Shown: positions 29,582 through 38,283 of the stretch, one piece after another
Position numbering within the stretch: the stretch's first letter is position 1
How the letters are laid out: each line of letters opens with the position of its first letter
DNA from: a bacterium
Lineage (GTDB): Bacteria > JADJOY01
Length of the DNA stretch: 64,000 nt
Assembly: GCA_046331705.1 (NCBI GenBank)
Contig: JAXLQJ010000014.1
Coordinates: 62,001-126,000 of the forward strand
Direction of reading: 5' to 3'
Position numbers and translations under genes: made by a program
The notes under the pieces: model-generated
Seen by the model: the letters and a program-made list of their open reading frames with translations, nothing else
Told to the model about the DNA's origin: nothing
Database searches by the model: none

Positions 29582-31075
29582 TCATGGCATGTGCGAGGTC
29601 CAGTGCGTGAGCCCGCCGCTCTCGAAGCTGTCGCCGAAGACGCCGCACGCAGGCGCCGAGGCTGGATACTCCGCGATGTGGATCTTGCCGTCCTCGCCGA
29701 TCATCCCGGCGATCGCGTAGTCGCCGCAGGTCGCGGCCACCGAGGGCGCTGCCGCCGCCGACGAAAGTGTCGTGGGCCCGTCGCCCAAACCACCTGCGAG
29801 CCTGCTCGCGCCCACGGTCGAGAAGTGACCGCTCGAGAACTTCGATCCTGCGTAGAAACCGCGCGCGTCGCCGCCCATCGCCACCGCGATGGTGTAGCCG
29901 AGTGCGAGCGGCGTCGTACCGAGCGGACCGCCGAACGGTCCCACGGCGAACTGGGTCCGCACGCCGTTTCCGTCCGACTCACCCCACGCGATCGTCACTT
30001 GGCCGCCCCGCAACGAGACCTGCGGGGCGCCGCCCTGCGTGGTGAGCCCGACCGCGGTGCCGAGGTCCAGACCGCCGACCGGCGGCGATGCCACCGTCCC
30101 CTCGGCGCGGCGCAGCCACGAGTCTGCGGTGGTGGGATTGCAGGCGGCGTCTTCGGCCTTGTACTCGTAGGAGGTCGGATCGGCGAAGTAGACGACCGCC
30201 AGTTGCCCGGTGGCTGGGTCTGCCGAAAACGATGGCGCCGAAGCCGTGGGCATGGGCGGGTGACCGGCTGCGCAGTGGATGCTGCCCGATTGCGATCCGC
30301 GCGACGACAGGTCGATCGCAGCACCCCAGCCTCCACCGGGCGCGCGAACGGCGGCGCGCACCACGTTCACGTGGTGGGACGCCGGGCTGTCGTCGAAGGT
30401 GGCGTATTCCTCGACCCACCCGGAGGCGACGTGGCCGGCGTCGTCGATCGCGATCGCCGACTCTCCGAACGCGTCCGTCGGACCGCCCGCGACCTCGAAC
30501 GCATTGGTGGACGGCCACGCGCCCCACTTGCTGCGCACCACCGCGTGCACCTCGTACTGGGTGACGCCGACGTTGACGCCGATCCAGCTCACCACGACGT
30601 CTCCGGCGTTGTTGATCGCGGCGTGGGCGCCGCCCGCGACGTAGCTACCGCTGGTGTTGGTCGCGAGCGTGGCGCTCGCCCCCCAGTTGCCTCCTGCGGG
30701 TCGATAACGAGCGAACACGTAGCCGAAGCCGACCCACGCGACCACCGCATCCCCGGCGTCGTTCATCGCCACCGCGGGAACCGTCGTACAGGTGTCGGTG
30801 CTGAGCAACGTGAACGACCACGTGCCGCTGGCGCGGTCACGTACCGCGGCGCGGACATCGTACGCGCTGGATCGCCACGCCATCACCGCAGAGCGATCGG
30901 CGGACACTCCCACCGAGGGACCGCCGTACGCGCTCGAGCCCCCCGTCGCGCCGGAGAGCGGCGCAGCCGTTCCCCACTCGGCCCGTGCAGGGGTGGCGAG
31001 TGCGAGCATCAAACACGTGACGAGAAATGGCGACGCGTCCGCATGACACGCGCGAGCGCAAGCGATCCGTGACAT
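29582..31075 (-). CDS. Secreted Cys-containing beta-repeat protein with C-terminal FxDxFESG..W motif
   Basis: Signal peptide ending ARA; repeated (M/I)N.AGD.VV.W blades; ends VFGDSFESGGLTHW. Confidence 0.75.
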   Translation of the reverse strand: MSRIACARACHADASPFLVTCLMLALATPARAEWGTAAPLSGATGGSSAYGGPSVGVSADRSAVMAWRSSAYDVRAAVRDRASGTWSFTLLSTDTCTTVPAVAMNDAGDAVVAWVGFGYVFARYRPAGGNWGASATLATNTSGSYVAGGAHAAINNAGDVVVSWIGVNVGVTQYEVHAVVRSKWGAWPSTNAFEVAGGPTDAFGESAIAIDDAGHVASGWVEEYATFDDSPASHHVNVVRAAVRAPGGGWGAAIDLSSRGSQSGSIHCAAGHPPMPTASAPSFSADPATGQLAVVYFADPTSYEYKAEDAACNPTTADSWLRRAEGTVASPPVGGLDLGTAVGLTTQGGAPQVSLRGGQVTIAWGESDGNGVRTQFAVGPFGGPLGTTPLALGYTIAVAMGGDARGFYAGSKFSSGHFSTVGASRLAGGLGDGPTTLSSAAAAPSVAATCGDYAIAGMIGEDGKIHIAEYPASAPACGVFGDSFESGGLTHWTSHMP

Positions 31076-31369
31076 GGGCGCCGCCTCCCTTCTCACGACG
31101 TCGGCGACTCGATCGTTACAGCCTGATGCCGGTCGTCGCTTCCCCTGCTCCGATGGTCTCTCCCACGTGAGGCGGATGTCGAACGCTGCGGCGCGCGGCG
31201 ATCCAGCCCACTCCGCGACCACGTCTGCGCAGCACATACGGCACATCTCGCCCGGTGGCGGGCGAGATGCCGGCAGCGAACGCCGGGCGAGGTGCCCGCT
31301 GCCTTGCGGCCACGTCGCCACCACCCGAGAAAGCGCAATGACTTCGGGACGGCGTCGCTCAGAGCGAAT

Positions 31370-31384
31370 TGGCAGGCCGGTTGC
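31370..31384 (+). promoter_or_regulatory. Putative sigma-54 (-24/-12) promoter
   Basis: TGGCAGGCCGGTTGC has exact GG-N10-GC spacing, about 65 bp before the ORF at 31449. Confidence 0.55.
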
Positions 31385-31448
31385 GAGAGGGAAGGCACGC
31401 AAGGCGTGAGCGAACCGAGCCGGCCCCGACCGGACGAAGGAGCGCGCG

Positions 31449-31661
31449 ATGATCCAGAAGGCCACCCTGCTCAGCACCGGAACCGCATCGACGCTGTTGA
31501 CCGTGCTGCCCCTCGTGGGACTTGCGGTGCAGCGGGTGACGCGCGCGCTTCACGAGTTCACTTCTCCCGCTCAGCCCAGCGCGGCCGAGATCAAGGAGAT
31601 GGGAGCTTGGTTCGAGACCGTGTCCCGAGCCGGTTCGCTGCCGTTCTCGCCGATTGCGTGA
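31449..31661 (+). CDS. Small hypothetical protein (70 aa)
   Basis: GAAGGAG RBS, ATG start, hydrophobic N-terminus. Confidence 0.55.
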   Translation: MIQKATLLSTGTASTLLTVLPLVGLAVQRVTRALHEFTSPAQPSAAEIKEMGAWFETVSRAGSLPFSPIA

Positions 31662-31786
31662 CACCCGCCGCGCGGGCCCGGAGTCAGCTCCCGGCGCCGG
31701 GCCTGCGCGGCGGCTCTTTCGAGTGCAGATCGTCGTAGACTGGCGCGGGTGATCGTGCGATCGAATGGATCGGCGATCCTCGCGCC

Positions 31787-32971
31787 ATGACTTCGTCCCC
31801 CCGCGCCAGCTCGCCCTCGACACCACCGGCGCTCGCGCCGCGGGCGCACCAGCGCGCCGCGCCCGCCGCCGCCCCGCCCTTCTCGATCCTCAACGCCGAC
31901 GGTAGCTGCGAGCGCGAGCACCTCGGGCTCGTTTCCGACGACGACCTGGCACGCGTCCTGGACGCGATGGCCCTCAATCGCGTCCTCGACCGCCGCCTGC
32001 AGATGCTCCAGCGCCAGGGGCGCCTAGGCTTCTACATGACGAGCCGCGGCGAGGAGGCGACCATCGTCGGCGCCGCGTTCTGCCTCGCCCCCACCGATCC
32101 GATCTTCCTGAGCTACCGCGAGCTCGGTTGCCTGCTGTGGCGGCACGTGCCGCTGGCGCTCGTCTTCAATCAGCTCATCGGCAACAGCCGCGACCTGGCG
32201 CTCGGCCGCCAGATGCCCGTCCACTACTGCTTCCGCGACTGGGGCATCCCCTCGGTATCGAGCCCGGTGGGCACGCAGCTACCCCACGCCGCGGGCTTCG
32301 CGTACGCCTCCAAGCTCAAACGCAGCGGCGAGGTGGCGCTGGCGTTCCTCGGCGAGGGCACGGCGTCCCAGGGCGACTTCCACACCGCGCTCAACTTCAG
32401 CGGCGCGTTCTGGGTGCCGGCGATCTTCGTGATCCGGAACAACGGCTACGCCATCTCGACTCCCGAGTCGGTGCAAACCGCCGCCGAGAGCCTCGCCATT
32501 CGCGCCGAGGGCTACGGCCTGCCGGGCCATCAGGTCGACGGCAACGACTTCCTGGCGGTGGTGAACGCGATCGGCGGCGCCGTCGAGCGCGCGCGGGCGG
32601 GCGGCGGGCCGACGCTCGTGGAGGCGCTCACCTACCGTGTGGGCGCGCACTCGACCGCCGACGATCCCAGCGTCTACCGCTCGGATGCGGAGGCCGAGGC
32701 GTGGAACCGACTCGACCCGTTCGAGCGTCTCAAGCGCCACGCGCGCTGGCGCGGCCTGTGGGACGACGCGACCGAGCAAGCGACGACGCAAGCGTGGGAG
32801 AAGCGCGTCGCGGACACCCTCGCCGAATGCGAGCGCCATCCGCCGCCGCCCGTCGAGAGCCTCTTCGAGGACGTCCTGGAAGCGCCGGGCACGCAGCTCG
32901 CCGAGCAACGCGACGAGTACCTGCGCTATTGGCGCACCCGCACCGAGAAGCCGGTGACCGAGGCGGGCTGA
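31787..32971 (+). CDS. 2-oxoacid (branched-chain/pyruvate) dehydrogenase E1 alpha
   Basis: QRQGRLGFY, GRQMPVH, GEGTAS.GDF..NN TPP motif, YRVGAHSTADD. Confidence 0.93.
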   Translation: MTSSPRASSPSTPPALAPRAHQRAAPAAAPPFSILNADGSCEREHLGLVSDDDLARVLDAMALNRVLDRRLQMLQRQGRLGFYMTSRGEEATIVGAAFCLAPTDPIFLSYRELGCLLWRHVPLALVFNQLIGNSRDLALGRQMPVHYCFRDWGIPSVSSPVGTQLPHAAGFAYASKLKRSGEVALAFLGEGTASQGDFHTALNFSGAFWVPAIFVIRNNGYAISTPESVQTAAESLAIRAEGYGLPGHQVDGNDFLAVVNAIGGAVERARAGGGPTLVEALTYRVGAHSTADDPSVYRSDAEAEAWNRLDPFERLKRHARWRGLWDDATEQATTQAWEKRVADTLAECERHPPPPVESLFEDVLEAPGTQLAEQRDEYLRYWRTRTEKPVTEAG

Positions 32972-32993
32972 GGACCGACGCAGCGAGCGCGCG

Positions 32994-33977
32994 ATGCCCG
33001 ACACCCAGCCGATGAACATGATCCAGGCGCTCAACCAGGCGCTGGATCTCTATCTGGAGCGCGACGAGGCCGCCGTGATCTTGGGCGAGGACGTGGGCCT
33101 CTTCGGCGGCGTCTTTCGCGTCACCCAGGGGCTGCAGCAGAAATACGGCTCGGAGCGCGTCTTCGACACGCCGCTCGCCGAGGCCGGCATCGTCGGCATG
33201 GCGATCGGCATGGCGCTCAACGGGCTACACCCGATCGCCGAGGTCCAGTTCGCGGACTTCATCTTCCCCGCGTTCGACCAGATCGTGAACGAGCTGGCCA
33301 AGTACCGCTACCGATCCGGCGGGCAGTACGCGCCGCGAGTGCTCGTCCGCGCGCCGTACGGCGGCGGCATCAAGGGCGGCCACTACCACTCGCAGAGTCC
33401 CGAGGCGTACTTCGCGCACACGCCGGGGCTGCGGGTGGTGATGCCGTCGGGACCGTACGAGGCCAAGGGTCTCCTCCTCGGCGCGCTCGAATGCAACGAC
33501 CCGGTGATCTTCTTCGAGCCGAAACGGATCTACCGCTCGGCGCGCCGCGAGGTCCCCCTCGACTACTACACGCTGCCGCTCGAGCGAGCGCGGGTGGCGC
33601 GGCGCGGCGGCGACGCGACGTTGGTGGCGTGGGGCGCGATGCTCACCACCGCGCTCGAAGCCGCCGCCCTCGCCGAGGGCGAGGGCTACGACGTCGAGGT
33701 GATCGATCTCCAGAGCATCGCGCCCTACGACCTGCGCACGGTGGTGCGTTCGGTCCAGAAGACGGGACGCCTGGTGGTGGTCCACGAGGCGCCGCGGACG
33801 TGTGGGTTCGGCGCCGAGCTGATCGCCGCCGTGCAGGCGGCGGCCTTCGATCGGCTGCAGGCGCCGCTGGCGCGGGTGACCGGTTTCGACACTCCGTTTC
33901 CGTACACGCTCGAGGAGCACTATCTGCCGAGCGCCGACCGCGTCGCGCACGCGGTGATCGACGCGATCGAGTACTGA
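32994..33977 (+). CDS. 2-oxoacid dehydrogenase E1 beta
   Basis: GEDVG..GGVFR, DTPLAE, EVQFADF, HSQSPE, FEPKR. Confidence 0.95.
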   Translation: MPDTQPMNMIQALNQALDLYLERDEAAVILGEDVGLFGGVFRVTQGLQQKYGSERVFDTPLAEAGIVGMAIGMALNGLHPIAEVQFADFIFPAFDQIVNELAKYRYRSGGQYAPRVLVRAPYGGGIKGGHYHSQSPEAYFAHTPGLRVVMPSGPYEAKGLLLGALECNDPVIFFEPKRIYRSARREVPLDYYTLPLERARVARRGGDATLVAWGAMLTTALEAAALAEGEGYDVEVIDLQSIAPYDLRTVVRSVQKTGRLVVVHEAPRTCGFGAELIAAVQAAAFDRLQAPLARVTGFDTPFPYTLEEHYLPSADRVAHAVIDAIEY

Positions 33978-33980
33978 CGC

Positions 33981-35342
33981 ATGCACCGATTCAAGCTGCC
34001 CGACATCGGCGAAGGCGTGGTCGAGGCGGAGATCGTCGAGTGGAAGGTGCGCGAGGGCGAGGCCGTCGCCGTCGATCAGCCGCTCGTCGAGCTCATGACG
34101 GACAAGGCGTCCTTCGAGATTCCGTCGCCGGTGGCCGGCCGGGTGCAGCGCTGCTGCTTCCGCGAGGGCGACATCGTGAAGGTCGGCGAGGTGCTGGTCG
34201 AGATCGACGACGGCCCCGCGGCGGCGAGCGCCGCGCCACTCGGGTCACGCGCTCCCGAGCCGCGCCCCGCCGAGCCATCGCCGGCGCGGGTCGCGGTGGC
34301 ACCGGCGGCGGCTCCGGCGGCTCCGGTCGTTCCGCCGCCCAGCGCGGCGCCCGCCTCCGCCATGACGGACGAGCACCACCCCCCTGCGATGCCCGCGCGA
34401 CCCACGTCCCGGCAACGCGCCAGTGCCACGTTCGGTGAAGACGGCGTGAACGCGGTGCCGGCGGTCCGCGAGCTGGCGCGGCGGCTCGGCGTGGATCTGC
34501 AACGCGTGGCGGGCTCGGGTCCAGGTGGGCGGATCATGCGACGCGACGTCGAGCAGGCCGCGCGGGACTCGTCCACGGTCACGCCCGCGAGCGTGAGCAC
34601 GCCGACGGATGCGCCGAGCGCGCCGGAGGCCATCGACCCCGACGACTGGAAGCGCGTGCCGCTGCGCGGCGTGCGACGCGCCATCGCCCGCCACATGCTC
34701 GAAGCTCGCCACCGCGCGGCCCATTTCAGCTACGTCGAGGAAGTCGACCTCACCGAGTTGGTCGCGCGACGCGAGCAGCTGGCCGCGAGCGGCGGCGAGC
34801 CGCCCTCGCCGCTCGCGTTCCTGGCGCGAGCGGTGGTGCGGGCGCTGCCCGCGCACCCTGCGCTCAACGCCAGCCTGGACGACGCGCGCGGCGACCTGAT
34901 CGTGAAGTCGCGCATCCACCTGGGGATCGCCGTCGCCACCGACGACGGCTTGATCGTGCCGGTGGTCCACGATGCGGCGGCGCTCGACACCCGCGGGCTG
35001 GCGGCGCGCATCCAGGCGCTTTCCACGCGCGCCCGCGACGGCGCGCTCACGCCGGAGGAAACCCGTGGCGGCACCTTCACGATCACCTCGCTCGGCAAGC
35101 TGGGCGGGATCGTCTCGACGCCGATCGTGAACTACCCGGAGGCCGCGATCCTGGGCGTCAACGCCATCCGCAAGCTGCCGCGCTACGTCGGCGACCGCAT
35201 CGAGCCGCGCCAGCTCGTGAACCTCTCGATGAGCGTCGACCATCGCATCGCCGACGGCTACCACTGCGCGCGCTTCGTGGCGGATCTGCGTGCCATCCTG
35301 GAGTCCGTCGACTTCCCCGACTTCTTCGACGGCGGAGCGTGA
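33981..35342 (+). CDS. Dihydrolipoamide acyltransferase E2
   Basis: Lipoyl domain TDKA, E3-binding GSGPGGRI...DV, catalytic DHRIADG. Confidence 0.95.
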   Translation: MHRFKLPDIGEGVVEAEIVEWKVREGEAVAVDQPLVELMTDKASFEIPSPVAGRVQRCCFREGDIVKVGEVLVEIDDGPAAASAAPLGSRAPEPRPAEPSPARVAVAPAAAPAAPVVPPPSAAPASAMTDEHHPPAMPARPTSRQRASATFGEDGVNAVPAVRELARRLGVDLQRVAGSGPGGRIMRRDVEQAARDSSTVTPASVSTPTDAPSAPEAIDPDDWKRVPLRGVRRAIARHMLEARHRAAHFSYVEEVDLTELVARREQLAASGGEPPSPLAFLARAVVRALPAHPALNASLDDARGDLIVKSRIHLGIAVATDDGLIVPVVHDAAALDTRGLAARIQALSTRARDGALTPEETRGGTFTITSLGKLGGIVSTPIVNYPEAAILGVNAIRKLPRYVGDRIEPRQLVNLSMSVDHRIADGYHCARFVADLRAILESVDFPDFFDGGA

Positions 35343-35974
35343 CCATGCTGGACGACGAGTTCTTGCAGCTCGCGATGGGCGCGAAGATCCAGCGGCTGCG
35401 CGAAGAGCAGGGCCGCACGCTGCAGGACCTCGCGAACGCGACCGGGCTCTCGGAAAGCCGCCTGCACGCGTACGAGACCAGCATCGCCGAGCCGGCGATC
35501 GGCGAGCTGCTCAAGATCGCGAGCGCCCTCGACGTCTCCATCAGCCGCTTCTTCCAGACCGAGAACGAGGTGGAGCGGCGCGTGGAGGTGGTGCGCGCCA
35601 GCGAGCGCTGGGCCGTGCAGCCGCGCACCGAGGCCGGCGAGAGCCTGAACTACCGCTACCAGGCGCTCTCGCACCGGCTCACCGAGAAGCGGATGGAGCC
35701 GTTCCTGATCGAGGTGCCACCCGGCGCGGGCGGTGCGCTGCCGCAGTCGGCCCACGACGGCGAGGAGTTCCTGTTCGTGCTGGCGGGACGCCTCGAGGTC
35801 GAGGTGGGCGGCGAGGTACACCGGCTCTCGGCAGGCGATTCGATCTACTACGACTCGCGGCTCAAGCACTCGCTTCGCGCCATCGAGGGCGGCTCGGCCC
35901 GCTTGATCGCGTGCGTCGCCCAAGCGCGCCGCGCCACGCCCGACAATCCCCTCGGCCGCGCCTTCCGCGAGTAG
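35339..35974 (+). CDS. XRE-HTH + cupin transcriptional regulator
   Basis: LREEQGRTLQDLANATGLS HTH; HDGEEF..V..G, GDSIYYDS..H cupin. Confidence 0.9.
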   Translation: MTMLDDEFLQLAMGAKIQRLREEQGRTLQDLANATGLSESRLHAYETSIAEPAIGELLKIASALDVSISRFFQTENEVERRVEVVRASERWAVQPRTEAGESLNYRYQALSHRLTEKRMEPFLIEVPPGAGGALPQSAHDGEEFLFVLAGRLEVEVGGEVHRLSAGDSIYYDSRLKHSLRAIEGGSARLIACVAQARRATPDNPLGRAFRE

Positions 35975-35986
35975 CGCGCTACAGCC

Positions 35987-38191
35987 ATGTCCCTCGACCG
36001 GGCTCGGCAATCGGTCGCGCGATTGAAGGACCTCGCCGCGGGCCGTGGGCGCGTCGCGGCGCCGCCGCTGGCGCTCGATTCCGCGCTGGCGCTCGAGCTC
36101 TTCGAGTCGCAGCTCCTCGCGCGGCTCGTGGACGTCGAATCCCACGAGCTGCGGGCGCGCAATCAGGGCTTCTACACGATCTGTTCCGCCGGGCACGAAG
36201 GAAACGTGGTGCTGGGTCGTCTCACCGGCCCAACCGACCCTGCCCTGCTCCACTATCGATCGGGTGCGTTCTTCCTGGAGCGAGCCCGCGCCGTGCCGTC
36301 GATCGACGCGGTCCACGATCTCTTGCTCTCTCTCGCGGCGAGCAGCGAGGACCCGATCAGCGGCGGTCGCCACAAGGTGTTCGGCTCGGTGCCGCTCGGC
36401 GTCCCGCCGCAGACATCGACGATCGCGTCGCACCTGCCCAAGGCGGTCGGGCTGGCGGTGGCGCTCGAGCAGGCGCGCCGCCTGGATCGGCCCGCGGCGC
36501 CCGCCGACGCGATCGTGCTGTGCTCGTTCGGGGACGCCTCGCTCAACCATTCGACGGCCCAGGGCGCCCTCAACGCGGCAGCGTGGACCGCGTTCCAGCA
36601 CGTGCCCGTGCCGCTGCTCTTCGTGTGCGAGGACAACGGGCTCGGCATCTCGGTCCGCACCCCGCCGGGCTGGATCGAGGCGCGGATGCGCGCGATGCCG
36701 AACATCCGCTATTTCCAGGCGGACGGCTGCGACCTCGCCGCGGCGTTCACCCGCGCATCGGCGGCGGTCGAGCACGTACGCGTCAAGCGTGCGCCGGCGT
36801 TCTTGCACCTGAGCACGGTTCGGCTGTGGGGCCACGCCGGCTCGGATCTCGACACCGAGTACCGAGGCCCCGAGGAGATCGCCGCCCAGCAGGCGCGCGA
36901 TCCCGTGGCGCTTTGCGCGCAAGCGCTGCTCGACGCGGGTGTCCTCTCCGGCGCCGAGCTCCGGGCCCGCATCGACGCTGCGGAGCAGCGCGTGCGGGCT
37001 GCGTCGGCGCGCGCCGTCGCGGCGCCGAAGCTCGCGACCCGCGAGGAGGTGATGCGCTCGCTGGCGCCGTCGCGTCCCGCGCTGGTCGCCGCCGAGGCGC
37101 GGCGCGCCGGCTACGCGCCGCCGCCCGAGACCGCGGCCAAGCCGAAGCCGATGGGACTCGCCATCCGCGAGGGCCTCCACGATCTGATGCGGAAGCACCC
37201 CGAGATGCTGGTGTTCGGTGAGGACGTGGCGCAGAAGGGCGGCGTCTACGGCGTCACCGTCGGGCTCTGGAAGGCCTTTGGCGCCAAGCGCGTCTTCAAC
37301 ACGCTGCTCGACGAGCAGACCATCCTCGGCATGGCGCTCGGCGCCGGCCAGGCTGGGCTGCTGCCCGTGCCCGAGATCCAATTCCTCGCCTACCTCCACA
37401 ACGCCGAGGACCAGCTTCGCGGCGAGGCGGCGACCCTCTCGTTCTTCTCGAGCGGCCAGCTCACCAACCCGATGGTGGTGCGCATCGCGGGGCTTGGTTA
37501 CCAGAAAGGCTTCGGCGGCCACTTCCACAACGACGATTCGCTGGCGGTGCTTCGCGACCTGCCCGGCGTGATCGTGGCGGTGCCGAGTCGTGGCGACGAC
37601 GCGGTGCGAATCCTGCGCACGCTCCTCGCCCACGCGAGGATCGACGGACGGGTCTGCGTTCTGGTCGAGCCCATCGCGCTCTATCCGGCCAAGGATCTCG
37701 TCGAGCCCAACGACGGCGCCTGGTCGTTTCCGTTCCCGTCGCAGAGCGAGGCCATCGATCTCGGCGAGGTGGGCGTCTACGATCCCGACGCCGCCGAGCT
37801 CTGCGTCTTCACGTACGGCAACGGCGTCCCCATGAGCTTGCGTGTCAAGCACCGGATCGAGCGGGCGCAGGGGACCATCGACTCCGCCACCGCGCCGCGG
37901 GTGCGGGTGGTCGACCTGCGCTGGATCGCCCCGCTTCCGCTGGCGGTGATTCGCGAGCACGCACGTACAGCGCGCGCCGTGCTCACCGTCGACGAGTGCC
38001 GCCACTCGGGGAACGTCGCCGAGGCCATCGGCGCCGCCCTCGCCGAGGACCCATCCACCCGCGGCATCCGGTACGCGCGCGTGTCTTCCGCCGACTCCTT
38101 CATTCCCCTCGCTGCTGCCGCCGACCTCGTGCTGCTGTCCGAAGCCGAGATCGAAGCCACCGCCCGCGAGCTCCTGGCACCCCGACGCTGA
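35987..38191 (+). CDS. Fused alpha/beta TPP-dependent 2-oxoacid dehydrogenase E1
   Basis: GFYTI.SAGHEG, GDAS..EDN, GEDVA.KGGVYG, EIQF, GGHFHND. Confidence 0.9.
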   Translation: MSLDRARQSVARLKDLAAGRGRVAAPPLALDSALALELFESQLLARLVDVESHELRARNQGFYTICSAGHEGNVVLGRLTGPTDPALLHYRSGAFFLERARAVPSIDAVHDLLLSLAASSEDPISGGRHKVFGSVPLGVPPQTSTIASHLPKAVGLAVALEQARRLDRPAAPADAIVLCSFGDASLNHSTAQGALNAAAWTAFQHVPVPLLFVCEDNGLGISVRTPPGWIEARMRAMPNIRYFQADGCDLAAAFTRASAAVEHVRVKRAPAFLHLSTVRLWGHAGSDLDTEYRGPEEIAAQQARDPVALCAQALLDAGVLSGAELRARIDAAEQRVRAASARAVAAPKLATREEVMRSLAPSRPALVAAEARRAGYAPPPETAAKPKPMGLAIREGLHDLMRKHPEMLVFGEDVAQKGGVYGVTVGLWKAFGAKRVFNTLLDEQTILGMALGAGQAGLLPVPEIQFLAYLHNAEDQLRGEAATLSFFSSGQLTNPMVVRIAGLGYQKGFGGHFHNDDSLAVLRDLPGVIVAVPSRGDDAVRILRTLLAHARIDGRVCVLVEPIALYPAKDLVEPNDGAWSFPFPSQSEAIDLGEVGVYDPDAAELCVFTYGNGVPMSLRVKHRIERAQGTIDSATAPRVRVVDLRWIAPLPLAVIREHARTARAVLTVDECRHSGNVAEAIGAALAEDPSTRGIRYARVSSADSFIPLAAAADLVLLSEAEIEATARELLAPRR

Positions 38192-38204
38192 CCCGCGAAC
38201 GGTG

Positions 38205-38243
38205 CGCGGGCGGCCTCCCCCGGTGGGAGACCGCCCGCGTCTT
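38205..38243. terminator. GC-rich hairpin between convergent genes
   Basis: CGCGGGCGGCCTCCC...GGGAGACCGCCCGCG stem. Confidence 0.6.
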
Positions 38244-38283
38244 GCCGGCGCGCTCGCGCGCCGGGTGTTGCGCAATCGAGGTC

